Shown: positions 25,412-33,898 of the stretch, piece by piece
How positions within the stretch are numbered: the first letter of the stretch is position 1
Layout: every line of letters starts with the position of its first letter
Assembly: GCA_937961295.1 (NCBI GenBank)
Contig: CALGOK010000144.1
Coordinates: 1 to 56,875 of the forward strand
Direction: 5' to 3'
DNA: 56,875 bases
DNA from: an uncultured Gemmatimonadota bacterium
Lineage (GTDB): Bacteria; Gemmatimonadota; Gemmatimonadetes; Gemmatimonadales; GWC2-71-9
Translations under genes and position numbers: made by a program
The notes under the pieces: generated by a model
Seen by the model: the letters and a program-made list of their open reading frames with translations, nothing else
Databases searched by the model: none
Told to the model about the DNA's origin: nothing

Positions 25412-26848
25412 GTGGAGGATGAAGTGGACTCTTCTCGGGAGCGTGAACCCACCCTGCGATCACTGCGTCTTCGCAGAGGTGAGTCTCTTGCCGCGCTCGC
25501 CAGGGCTACGGGACTTGAGCGGACGGCAATCGTGCGTTGGGAGCGAGGCCTCGAGGCGCCGCCGCACGCTGCCCTCGCCCGGTTGTCGGCTCATTTCGGC
25601 GTCGCGCTGCCCGAACTCGCGTCCGCACAGTCCGAGCTCTTGGGTTCTGGGGTCCGTGGAGAAGGGTATGTAACCGCAATCCCCGACCGAATGGGTACTC
25701 AGAAGCGGGCGTTGCCCATCGAGCCAGGCAAGCATAGGGTCGTTGATTTGTTCTGCGGCTCTGGCGGGTTCTCCTATGGATTCGAGATGACGGGCAAGTT
25801 TGTTGTTACTGCTGGGGTTGACTTGTTGGCGGATAGAGCCGCCACCTTTCGGGTCAACCATGCGTACGCGGACACGCACGTCGTCGACATCCGTTCATTG
25901 TCTCTTAAGTCACTTGAGTCGAGTGCAGGCGAGCCCGCTGTTGTCATCGGCGGACCTCCTTGCCAGGGCTTCTCGTCCATTCGACCGTTTCGAAACCTGA
26001 CACTAGAAGATCCGCGGAATGGCCTATTCGAACAGTTCGCAGTCGTTGTCGCTGAGCTACAGCCGACCTTCTTTGTATTGGAGAACGTCCTCGGTCTGCT
26101 GACGCACGATGGGGGAGCGACCTTCAGTCATCTCGTCACAATCCTTAGCGCCGCCGGTTACTCCGTGGACCACCGAGTCGTGAACGCAGCACAGTTCGGA
26201 CTGCCACAGAACCGGGAGCGACTGATCATTGTCGGAAGGCGAGGCCGAAGCCGCTTTGAGTGGCCCATGCCCACTCACTCCACTCAGCACCGGAGCATGG
26301 CGGGGTCAGCGCCGAGGATTCACTGTGATCCGCTCTTCAGTGAGGCAATGCCGGAGGCCGTCACGGTCATGGAGGCCATACATGACTTGCCACCACTCGC
26401 GGCCGGCGAGGCCAGCGACAGGTACTTAGACGGGATTGACCTTACCCCTTACGAGCGTGCGATGCGAGGGGAGGAGGCTCGTCTCACGCTGCATGCGGCC
26501 ACTCGTCATTCCCCGAAGATGCTCGAGATCATACGGCACGCAGGCCACTCACGGGCGGCCCTGCCGGCCGGGTTGACTAAGAGTGGATTCAGTTCAAGCT
26601 ATAGTCGGCTGGACGCAGACAAGCCGAGTGTTACACTGACAGTCAACTTCGTCCACCCGGCATCGAATCGCTGCATCCACCCAACCCAGGACCGTGCTCT
26701 CACCCCACGCGAAGGGGCGAGGCTTCAAGGATTCCCGGATAGGTTCACGTTCGTCGGTACCCGAGGCCAGATCGTTAAGCAGATCGGCAACGCTGTTCCG
26801 CCGCTGTTGGGAAGGGCCATCGCGACAGCAATAGCGGAGCAGCTCTGA
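25412..26848 (+). CDS. DNA (cytosine-5) methyltransferase with N-terminal XRE-type HTH
   Basis: VVDLFCGSGGFSYGF (motif I), VIGGPPCQGFSS (IV), FVLENVLGL (VI), QNRERLIIVG (VIII) and GNAVPPLL (X) are present. The N-terminal LRRGESLAALARATGLERTAIVRWERG is an HTH. The proposed start is GTG 25412 with GGGAG 6 nt upstream; the ORF is open from 25199. Confidence 0.88.
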   Translation: MEDEVDSSREREPTLRSLRLRRGESLAALARATGLERTAIVRWERGLEAPPHAALARLSAHFGVALPELASAQSELLGSGVRGEGYVTAIPDRMGTQKRALPIEPGKHRVVDLFCGSGGFSYGFEMTGKFVVTAGVDLLADRAATFRVNHAYADTHVVDIRSLSLKSLESSAGEPAVVIGGPPCQGFSSIRPFRNLTLEDPRNGLFEQFAVVVAELQPTFFVLENVLGLLTHDGGATFSHLVTILSAAGYSVDHRVVNAAQFGLPQNRERLIIVGRRGRSRFEWPMPTHSTQHRSMAGSAPRIHCDPLFSEAMPEAVTVMEAIHDLPPLAAGEASDRYLDGIDLTPYERAMRGEEARLTLHAATRHSPKMLEIIRHAGHSRAALPAGLTKSGFSSSYSRLDADKPSVTLTVNFVHPASNRCIHPTQDRALTPREGARLQGFPDRFTFVGTRGQIVKQIGNAVPPLLGRAIATAIAEQL

Positions 26849-27466
26849 CTAGGAGCCATACTCTGCGAGGTATCGCCGGACGTTTGCAAACGGGCAGTAG
26901 TGTTCATCAAAGTACAGCAGACGAAGCTTCCTCATTCCTTGGGTCGAAACAACCGCCGTCTTGCCAGAATCCCCGTCGGTGTTGCTCACGCTAAAGTCCG
27001 ACAGTTCCAAGTGTCCGAGGCGAATCTCCCAGATGTATGGAACTACACCCCTGATACTCCGCTGAAATGTGCCATCCTCCTGCACCAAGACGTACCGTGC
27101 CGTGAGGTAATGGCCCGCCTTGGGGAGGTGGCCTTTCGGCCGATTCGTTTCCAGCGCGACCTTTACTTCGATGTTGCAGGCGCCGGCAGCAGTCCCTCGC
27201 AGGTCCTGGTATTTGTGAGCCCCCGCTCTCTCAAAGACCCCGCCACTTGATCGCACGATGCCGGTTGCGAGGAGATTTCCGATCATGGCCGACAGGTTCG
27301 CGAGCTCCACCAGCTCTGCGAGGTGCACTCCTAGCGTCTGGTCGATCGAGTCAACGAGTCGGTAGGCCTCCGCAGCTCCGTCGAGCAGCATCTTTTCGGA
27401 CAAGCCGCAGCCTAGCGGGTCGCTGTGACGGATTGGGTGTCGCAGATGGCGGGTTGGGGCGGACAT
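26849..27466 (-). CDS. Putative type II restriction endonuclease (PD-(D/E)XK)
   Basis: Its stop codon directly abuts the methyltransferase stop (TGA 26846-26848, TAG complement 26849-26851). YQDLRGTAAGACNIEVKVALE fits D-x11-ExK. The start is uncertain (ATG 27466, TTG 27526 or ATG 27391). Confidence 0.6.
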   Translation of the reverse strand: MSAPTRHLRHPIRHSDPLGCGLSEKMLLDGAAEAYRLVDSIDQTLGVHLAELVELANLSAMIGNLLATGIVRSSGGVFERAGAHKYQDLRGTAAGACNIEVKVALETNRPKGHLPKAGHYLTARYVLVQEDGTFQRSIRGVVPYIWEIRLGHLELSDFSVSNTDGDSGKTAVVSTQGMRKLRLLYFDEHYCPFANVRRYLAEYGS

Positions 27467-27782
27467 TGCGATGATTCTGATCGCGTTCTTTTGTACCGTC
27501 AAGTCAGGCTGCAAGGGGGTCAGCAACCGGATTCAGGTTGGGTGCCTATGTGTGCTGACGGAAGAGATCCGGTTGCGCTATGCCCCCAGCACAGGGTTCA
27601 CCTGCGCGAGGGCCGACCCTTTCCGTCGACGGACTACTTGTGCCGTGCGCGCCCGCTCGGCGGGCGCAACCACCCCCGGGGGCGTGCCGAGCAGATCTGC
27701 GCCGCCCAGGGACTCGGCCCTCGTGCAGGTAGTAGCGTCAACCGGATACTGCCGGAGTTCTAGAGCCGAGGTCGTTTCCCCC

Positions 27783-29231
27783 ATGCCCACCCCCAAGCAC
27801 GCCTTCCTCGCCGCCCTCGAGTGCCCCACCAAGGGGTGGCGCGCGCAGAACCTCACCCCCGCCACGCCGGCCCCTGGCGACCAGTGGCGCTTCTACGAGG
27901 GCCAGGAGGTGCAGCGCCGCGCCCGCGAATGGCTCGGCCCCGGCCGCTACCTCCAGCGCACCCCGCGACAAACCGCCGCGGAGGCGACCGCGGAAGCCAT
28001 CGCCGACCCGGCGACCACCCTCCTCTTCGAGGCCACCTTCGAAGCCCACGGCGCCGTCGCCCGCGCCGACGCGCTCCGACGACTTGGGCAGGGATGGGAA
28101 CTGATCGAGATCAAGTCGGGGTCGAACACCGAGTCCAAGAAGATCAAGCCGGAGTACATCGACGACGTCGGCTTCACCGCCGCCGTGCTCCTCGCCGCCA
28201 ACCTCCCCATCCACCGCGTCTCGCTGGTGATGGTCAACGGCGACTACACCCACGGCACCGGCGACAACCTGCTCACCACCGTCGACGTCACCGCCGACGC
28301 GCTCGAACGCGCCGCCACCTTCGGCAACATCCTCCCCGAACTCACCGACACACTCGCCGGCGAGGAACCCGCACCCACCCTCTGCTTCGCCTGCAAGAAC
28401 TGCGAACACTGGGGCGTCGACTGTCTGGGCATCGGCATCCCCGACCCGCTGTTCGACATCCCACGTATCTCCGCCCAGAAGTTCGAGGAGCTCAAACCCT
28501 ACGAGCGGATCTCGCACCTGCCGCCCGACACCAAGCTCACCGACATCCAGGCGATGCACGTGGAGGTGATGCGCTCGAACACGCCACGCATCAATCCGGA
28601 CGGACTGGCACTGCTCGACCAGCTCCGCTCCCCCGTGCACTACCTCGACTTCGAGGCGGTGCAGCCGGCGATTCCGCAGTTCGACGGTACCCGCCCGTAC
28701 CGGAAGCACCCGTTCCAGTTCTCGCTCCACGTCCGCGACGGCAACGGCAGCGAACGCCACCACGAGTACCTCGCCCCGATCGACGGCGACTGGCGCCGCG
28801 AACTCACCGAGGAACTTCTCCGGTTCCTCGGCGATGAGGGATCGATCGTGGTCTACTCCAGCTACGAGCGGCAGGTGCTCACCCAGCTCGCCGAGTGGTT
28901 CCCCGACCTGGAGGCACCACTCGGCGCGGTGATCGAGCGGCTGTTCGACCTCGAGAAGGTGATCAAGGAGGGCTACATCCACCCTGGCTTCCGTGGGCGC
29001 AGCTCGATCAAGAAGGTGCTCCCCGTGCTGGCCCCCGACTGCAGCTACGACGGGATGGCGGTGGCCGGCGGCGAGGACGCCGCGGCGGTGTTCGGCTTCA
29101 TGTGGACCGGCCAGTACCCGGCAGAGGACCACGCGCGGCACCGCGCCGCACTGCTGGAGTACTGCAAGCTCGATTCGTTGGGGATGGTGCGGGTCCATGA
29201 GGCGCTGGAGGGGGTTCGGCGCCGGGTCTAG
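27783..29231 (+). CDS. DUF2779-like protein: N-terminal Cas4/RecB-like PD-(D/E)XK nuclease plus C-terminal RNase H-like exonuclease region
   Basis: ATG 27783. ARADALRR..GWELIEIKSGS is a D...ExK motif and CFACKNCEHWGVDC is a Cys cluster. YLDFEAV, FQFSLH, VVYSSYERQVL and LLEYCKLDSLGM fit the DUF2779 pattern as I remember it. Confidence 0.7.
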   Translation: MPTPKHAFLAALECPTKGWRAQNLTPATPAPGDQWRFYEGQEVQRRAREWLGPGRYLQRTPRQTAAEATAEAIADPATTLLFEATFEAHGAVARADALRRLGQGWELIEIKSGSNTESKKIKPEYIDDVGFTAAVLLAANLPIHRVSLVMVNGDYTHGTGDNLLTTVDVTADALERAATFGNILPELTDTLAGEEPAPTLCFACKNCEHWGVDCLGIGIPDPLFDIPRISAQKFEELKPYERISHLPPDTKLTDIQAMHVEVMRSNTPRINPDGLALLDQLRSPVHYLDFEAVQPAIPQFDGTRPYRKHPFQFSLHVRDGNGSERHHEYLAPIDGDWRRELTEELLRFLGDEGSIVVYSSYERQVLTQLAEWFPDLEAPLGAVIERLFDLEKVIKEGYIHPGFRGRSSIKKVLPVLAPDCSYDGMAVAGGEDAAAVFGFMWTGQYPAEDHARHRAALLEYCKLDSLGMVRVHEALEGVRRRV

Positions 29232-29235
29232 GCAA

Positions 29236-29370
29236 TGTCACCCCGACCCCGAGCTAAGCGAGGGGGAGGGGGCGGAGGCCGGCATTCGCATTCGCCAGCT
29301 TCCGCCCCCTCGGTCGCTACGCTCCCTCGGGGTGACAGTTCCTCGGGGTGACAGTTCCTCGGGATGACAG
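29236..29370. repeat. GTCACCCCGAG-family unit with triplicated right terminus
   Basis: TGTCACCCCGACCCCGAGC...CCCTCGGTCGCTACGCTCCCTCGGGGTGACAGTTCCTCGGGGTGACAGTTCCTCGGGATGACAG. It lies between two convergent stops, 4 nt from each. Confidence 0.85.
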
Positions 29371-29374
29371 TTCC

Positions 29375-29983
29375 TCAGAACTCCCCGCCCCGGATCGCCG
29401 GCGACGCGTACTGGCAGCTCACCGTCGGGTTCCAGTTCTCGAACATCCCCTTCGGGTTCTCCTTGTAGAGCCACACGTGCAGGGCGTAGAGGCCGAAGCT
29501 GTTGGCCTTCATCTCCTGGCCCAGCAACCGCGGTGGCGCACTGCCGGTCCACTGGTCCACCGGCACGACGTACTCCACCGCCACCAGCTTGAGCGACCCG
29601 TTGGACGCCGGCTCGTAGAGCAGCGCCTGCGGCTTGGTGATGTCGGGCAGCGACCCGCCGAGCAGGTTGGTGTTGACGTAGTGGAAGCCCATGCCGCCCT
29701 CCCGCTCGGGCGACTCATCCACCATGCACATGTCCATGAACAGGAAGGTGTAGTCGTCGGCCTGCGCTCGCGCGAACGAGTGATACTTGCTGGTGGCTTG
29801 CCGCACGATCTTGAGATCGGATTCGAGCTGCGCGTTGACCGACCGAGTGGAGATCGCAGACGGTCCCTCGGTCTGGGCGATCGACTCGGACCCGCAGCCG
29901 GCGAGTCCGGCGACGGCGATCAGGGTGGTGGCGGCGAGGAGGATGGGCGCCCGGCGGGGTGCGCGCGTGGTGAGGTTGGGCAT
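29375..29983 (-). CDS. Lipoprotein, function unknown
   Basis: ATG 29983 gives MPNLTTRAPRRAPILLAATTLIAVAGLAGCGS, a lipobox. Confidence 0.7.
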   Translation of the reverse strand: MPNLTTRAPRRAPILLAATTLIAVAGLAGCGSESIAQTEGPSAISTRSVNAQLESDLKIVRQATSKYHSFARAQADDYTFLFMDMCMVDESPEREGGMGFHYVNTNLLGGSLPDITKPQALLYEPASNGSLKLVAVEYVVPVDQWTGSAPPRLLGQEMKANSFGLYALHVWLYKENPKGMFENWNPTVSCQYASPAIRGGEF

Positions 29984-30114
29984 CGGTACAGTCTCCGGCG
30001 TCAGATGTGGCTGGCAACCGCGGCAGGGAGGCCCGCGTGGTGCCTGTATCTGGAAAAGCCGGAAACCGGTCCGAACTGGATCATCCCCCCGGGAAATGGG
30101 GGCAGGGCAGCGGC

Positions 30115-30645
30115 CTAGCCGGTCAGCTCGCGGTTGAGCCAGGCCCGGGCGATGGTCCAGTCGCGCTTGACCGTCGCCGTCGATATCCCGAGTGCCTCCG
30201 CCGTCTCCTCGATGCTCATCCCGCCAAAGAACCGGCACTCGACCACCCGGGCGAGCCGCTCCTCCACCCCCGCCAGCGCCACCAGCGCCTCGTCCAGCGC
30301 CAGCAGCTCCTCACCCCGCGACTCGGCCATGGCCATGGCGTCGTCGAGGGCGACCTGATCACGACCGCCGCCTCGCTTGTCGGCCCGCCGCGCGGCGGCG
30401 TGGTCGACCAGGATCCGCCGCATTGCCTGGGCGGCGACGCCAAGCACGTGGGACTGGTTCATCCAGCGGACCCGGTCGAGCCGGGAGAGCTTGAGGTAGG
30501 CCTCGTGCACCAGGCCGGTGGTGCCGAGCGAGTGGTCGGGGCGCTCGCCGCGGAGGTGCCGATGTGCGAGGGCGCGCAGCTCGCCGTACACCAGCGGGTA
30601 GAGTGCGTCGAGCGCGGGGTCGCGTTCGGGCGAGGTGTCGGTCAC
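30115..30645 (-). CDS. ECF-type sigma-70 factor of the kinase-associated class (PF07638-like)
   Basis: TGLVHEAYLKLSRLD and the C-terminal region-4 HTH MSIEETAEALGISTATVKRDW are present. The GTG start overlaps the upstream kinase stop (GTGA at 30642-30645). Confidence 0.85.
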   Translation of the reverse strand: MTDTSPERDPALDALYPLVYGELRALAHRHLRGERPDHSLGTTGLVHEAYLKLSRLDRVRWMNQSHVLGVAAQAMRRILVDHAAARRADKRGGGRDQVALDDAMAMAESRGEELLALDEALVALAGVEERLARVVECRFFGGMSIEETAEALGISTATVKRDWTIARAWLNRELTG

Positions 30646-33206
30646 GTCGGCTCCACCCGGACGAGCAGCGACAGGAACGCCGGGTCGCCCCGGATGCCGC
30701 GGAAGGCGGGATCGACCCGCAGGAACATCATCGAGTGCGAGCGCTGCTCACGCGCCTTGCGGAGCCACGCGAAGGCCAGGTCGTGGCGCCGGAGCGCCAC
30801 GTGCACCTTGGCAATGTCATACGACGGCACGTACAGCCCCGCCGCCTCGCGCTCGTCAAGCCGCGCGAGCAACAGCCGCGCCTCGTCGTGCTCACCCGCC
30901 AGCGCCAGCGTCCGGGCCAGCGACGCCATCGCCAGGCCGCTGCTGTCGGAGGTGGCCACCAGCCGCCGGTGCATCGCGATTGCCTGCGAAAGCGAGTCCA
31001 TCCCTGCCAACACGTCCCCGGCCCAGGTGAGTGCCGTGGCATAGTCGGGATTCACGGCGAGCACCGCGCGGAGCCGTTCCATCGCCACCGCATCCTCGCC
31101 GGCGAAGTGGTGCACCCATCCCTCGGCCGCCTTGGCGATGAGCGACAGCGGGTCCTCCTGCTGTGCACGCTGCATCTCGCGCACCGCCTCGTCGAATCGT
31201 CCGGCGGCCACCAGCAGGTTGGCGTACCACTGGTGGCCGGTGGCATAGCTGTCATCGAGTTCGAGCGCGCGCTTGAACGCCGCCTCGCCGGCTGCCAGGT
31301 CCCAGTGATAGTAGAGTGCCACGTAGCCGAGCGTCGCATGGGGCGCGGCCAGCGCCGGATCGAGCGCGATCGCGCGCTCCGCCGCCGCCTCGGCCGCGGG
31401 AAACGCCTCGCGCGGCGGCAAGTAGTCGTAGAAGCCGAGCACTGCGTTGGCGTCGGCGACGCCGACCCAGGCAGGGGCGTAGGTGGAGTCCCGGGCAACC
31501 GCCAGCTCGAAGAAGCGCCGCGCCGACCGGAGGCCGGCCTCGCTGCGGGTGCCCCAGGCGTAGCGGCCCTTGAGGTAGAGCTCGTAGGCCGCGGCATCGG
31601 GCCGCCCCGCGTCGGCCTCGGTGTCGCCGATCACCAGCCGCAGTTGCAGGCCGCGGGCCACCGCCTGGGCAATGTCCTGCTGCACCACGAAGGCCTCGCC
31701 CACCGGGCGCTCGAACAGCTGCGACCAGACCCGGAAGCCGTCACTCACCCGCACCAGCGACGCGCGGATCCGCAGCTGGTCGCCCGAGCGCTGCAGATTG
31801 CCCTCGACCACGTGCGACACGCCGAGTTGCCGGCCGATGGTGCGGAGGTCGGCGGTGCTGGCGCGGTGCGCAAACGACGACGTGCTCGACGCCACGCGCA
31901 GGCCGTCGACCCGCGACAGCGTGGCGATCAGCTCCTCGGTGAGACCATCGGCGTAGTACTGCTGGTCGCCGGTGACGCTGCGATCGACGATTGGCAGCAC
32001 GGCGATCGACAGGCGCTGTTCGTCCCTGACAAGCGCGGCCGCGCCATCGCCGCGCGCGGAAAGGTACCAGGTGCCACCGGCCAGCAGCGCCACCACGATC
32101 AACATGGCGGCCACGATGGTGCGGGTGCGCCGGGCGGCACGCTGCGCCACCGCGAATGCGTCGTCCCAGATGATGCCGTGCAGCGCTTCCTCGAATTCGG
32201 CCGCGGTCTGGTAGCGCGCCGCCGGATCGTGCTGCAATGCCTTGGCGGTCACCTCACGGAGTGACGGCGGAACCGACTCGGCCAGCGCGGGCGGCAGCGA
32301 CGGTGCGGGAAGGGCCTGCTCACCGCTGCGTGCCGCCACGTGGCCGTCGGTGTAGGGCCGCTCCCCGGTGAGCATCTCGTAGAACATCGCGCCGGCCGAC
32401 CACAGGTCGCTCCGGGCGTCCACCACGCCACCGACGGCCTGCTCGGGGCTCATGTAGGCGGCGGTGCCGACGGGGCCGCCGCCGGTGACGCCGCGCGCCG
32501 CGTCCTCCAGCTTGGCGACCCCGAAGTCGAGCAGCTTCACCACTCCATCGCCGGTCACCAGCACATTCGACGGCTTGATGTCCCGGTGCACGATGCCACG
32601 GGCGTGCGCCGTGCCGAGACCGCGGAGCACGTCGATGAGGATGGCCACGGCACGGGTGGCCGGCATCGGGCCGGCGAGCAGGTCGCGCTGGACGGTGATC
32701 CCCTCGTAGTAGGGCATCACCAGGTAGCGGGCGCCGTTCGCGGTGGTGCCGATCTCGTGGATCGCGCAGATGTTGGGGTGATCGAGCGCGGCGATGGCGC
32801 GGGCCTCACGCTCGAATCGCTCCGCGGCAACGGGATCGTCGCCGAGGTGCGGCGCCAGGAACTTGAGGGCGACGCGACGGTCGAGCTCACGGTCGTGGGC
32901 GCGGTACACCTCTCCCATGCCGCCGCCGGCCACCCTCGTTTCGATGCGGTAGTGGCCGATCTCCTGGCCGTCGCGCGCCACGGGGCGGAGCGAGGCGGCG
33001 AGGGTGGCGACGTCGCCGGCGAGGCGGTCGACCGCACCGGGCTCGTCGTGGGCGCGGAGCAGCGCCAGCACCTCGACGGCGAGGGTCGGATCGTCACCGC
33101 TGGCGGTTTCGAGGAAGGCGGCCCGGGCGTCGGGGGCCTCCGCCAGCGCCGCCGCGAAGAGATCCTTGATCCGTTTCCAGCGTGCCGGCGGGGTGTCAGC
33201 GGCCAT
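30642..33206 (-). CDS. Ser/Thr protein kinase with TM segment and C-terminal TPR region
   Basis: ATG 33206. GGGMGEVYRAHD, VALKFL, IVHRDIKPSNVL, DFGVAK and GTAAYMSPEQ are Hanks kinase motifs. The TM segment is TIVAAMLIVVALLAGGTWYL, followed by TPR-like repeats. Confidence 0.9.
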   Translation of the reverse strand: MAADTPPARWKRIKDLFAAALAEAPDARAAFLETASGDDPTLAVEVLALLRAHDEPGAVDRLAGDVATLAASLRPVARDGQEIGHYRIETRVAGGGMGEVYRAHDRELDRRVALKFLAPHLGDDPVAAERFEREARAIAALDHPNICAIHEIGTTANGARYLVMPYYEGITVQRDLLAGPMPATRAVAILIDVLRGLGTAHARGIVHRDIKPSNVLVTGDGVVKLLDFGVAKLEDAARGVTGGGPVGTAAYMSPEQAVGGVVDARSDLWSAGAMFYEMLTGERPYTDGHVAARSGEQALPAPSLPPALAESVPPSLREVTAKALQHDPAARYQTAAEFEEALHGIIWDDAFAVAQRAARRTRTIVAAMLIVVALLAGGTWYLSARGDGAAALVRDEQRLSIAVLPIVDRSVTGDQQYYADGLTEELIATLSRVDGLRVASSTSSFAHRASTADLRTIGRQLGVSHVVEGNLQRSGDQLRIRASLVRVSDGFRVWSQLFERPVGEAFVVQQDIAQAVARGLQLRLVIGDTEADAGRPDAAAYELYLKGRYAWGTRSEAGLRSARRFFELAVARDSTYAPAWVGVADANAVLGFYDYLPPREAFPAAEAAAERAIALDPALAAPHATLGYVALYYHWDLAAGEAAFKRALELDDSYATGHQWYANLLVAAGRFDEAVREMQRAQQEDPLSLIAKAAEGWVHHFAGEDAVAMERLRAVLAVNPDYATALTWAGDVLAGMDSLSQAIAMHRRLVATSDSSGLAMASLARTLALAGEHDEARLLLARLDEREAAGLYVPSYDIAKVHVALRRHDLAFAWLRKAREQRSHSMMFLRVDPAFRGIRGDPAFLSLLVRVEPT

Positions 33207-33347
33207 GGGGTGAATGTACGGCGCGGGGCGAAGGCGAGGGAGGAGCCGGCACCTCGAGTCCCCTCGCTGCGTTCCCGGTGCTGATGCCGCCCTCTGGTGT
33301 CGGCTCGTGGCGACGGGTAGCGTTTGGCCGTTCCCGGCCACGGCGGC

Positions 33348-33842
33348 ATGCTTCAACCGCCCGAGACCCCTCAGGGGAGGAACGACGTGTCCCCATCCGC
33401 AGAGCCCGAGCGCCCGCCCCTCCGTTCATCGCTGCTGCTCGGCACGGCGGCGATGACCCTGGTGTTCGCGATCGCCAAGGTGGTGGCGGTGTCCACCTCC
33501 ACGGACACGCATCCGCTGCAGATGCCATGGCTTGTGTACCTGATGGCGGTGCTGCTCGCGGTGCTCGTGGGTGCGCGAATCGGTCGCGCACGAGACACAG
33601 ATCTGATCGCGACAGCCGTGCGGCACTTCCTCGTCCTGCTGTCGGGGATCGCGCTTGGCGTGGTGGTGTGGGTGGTGCTGGAGGAGCAGGTGCTGCGCCG
33701 CTTGAGTGGCGGCACCGCCCCACTGTACATGGAACACGCGGCACCCATGGAGGTGGGAATCATCCTGGGCGCCAGCATCCTTCCGGCCGTGCTCGGCATG
33801 GGGGTCGGCCTGTTGTTGGGCCGCTTCTGGCGCCCCGCTTGA
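33348..33842 (+). CDS. Integral membrane protein, function unknown
   Basis: There are four hydrophobic segments (LLLGTAAMTLVFAIAKVV, WLVYLMAVLLAVLVGA, HFLVLLSGIALGVVVWVVL, GIILGASILPAVLGMGVGLLLG). The start is ATG 33348 or TTG 33324. Confidence 0.6.
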   Translation: MLQPPETPQGRNDVSPSAEPERPPLRSSLLLGTAAMTLVFAIAKVVAVSTSTDTHPLQMPWLVYLMAVLLAVLVGARIGRARDTDLIATAVRHFLVLLSGIALGVVVWVVLEEQVLRRLSGGTAPLYMEHAAPMEVGIILGASILPAVLGMGVGLLLGRFWRPA

Positions 33843-33898
33843 CCCCCACTTGATCCCCCTCCGGCATCGTCGCTCCAGACCTCCGACTGGAGCGCACC

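Noticed and set aside
27738-29198. 486-aa antisense ORF opposite the DUF2779-like gene, plus the +2 frame ORF 27821..28837
   Set aside because: They are shadow ORFs of a gene with recognisable nuclease and exonuclease motifs. Their composition is dominated by G/A/R/V/E or R/P runs.
30564-32264. 566-aa ORF antisense to the Ser/Thr kinase. Similar cases are 32340..33284, 33371..35059, 37202..38158, 21500..22498, 47381..48598 and 50988..52040.
   Set aside because: All lie opposite or out of frame to ORFs with clear domain signatures and show GC-artefact composition. None has a plausible start context.
33250-33276. GGGAAC on the minus strand upstream of the kinase-sigma operon as an ECF -35 element
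   Set aside because: No CGT-type -10 element lies at the expected 16-17 nt spacing, and a single hexamer is not evidence.
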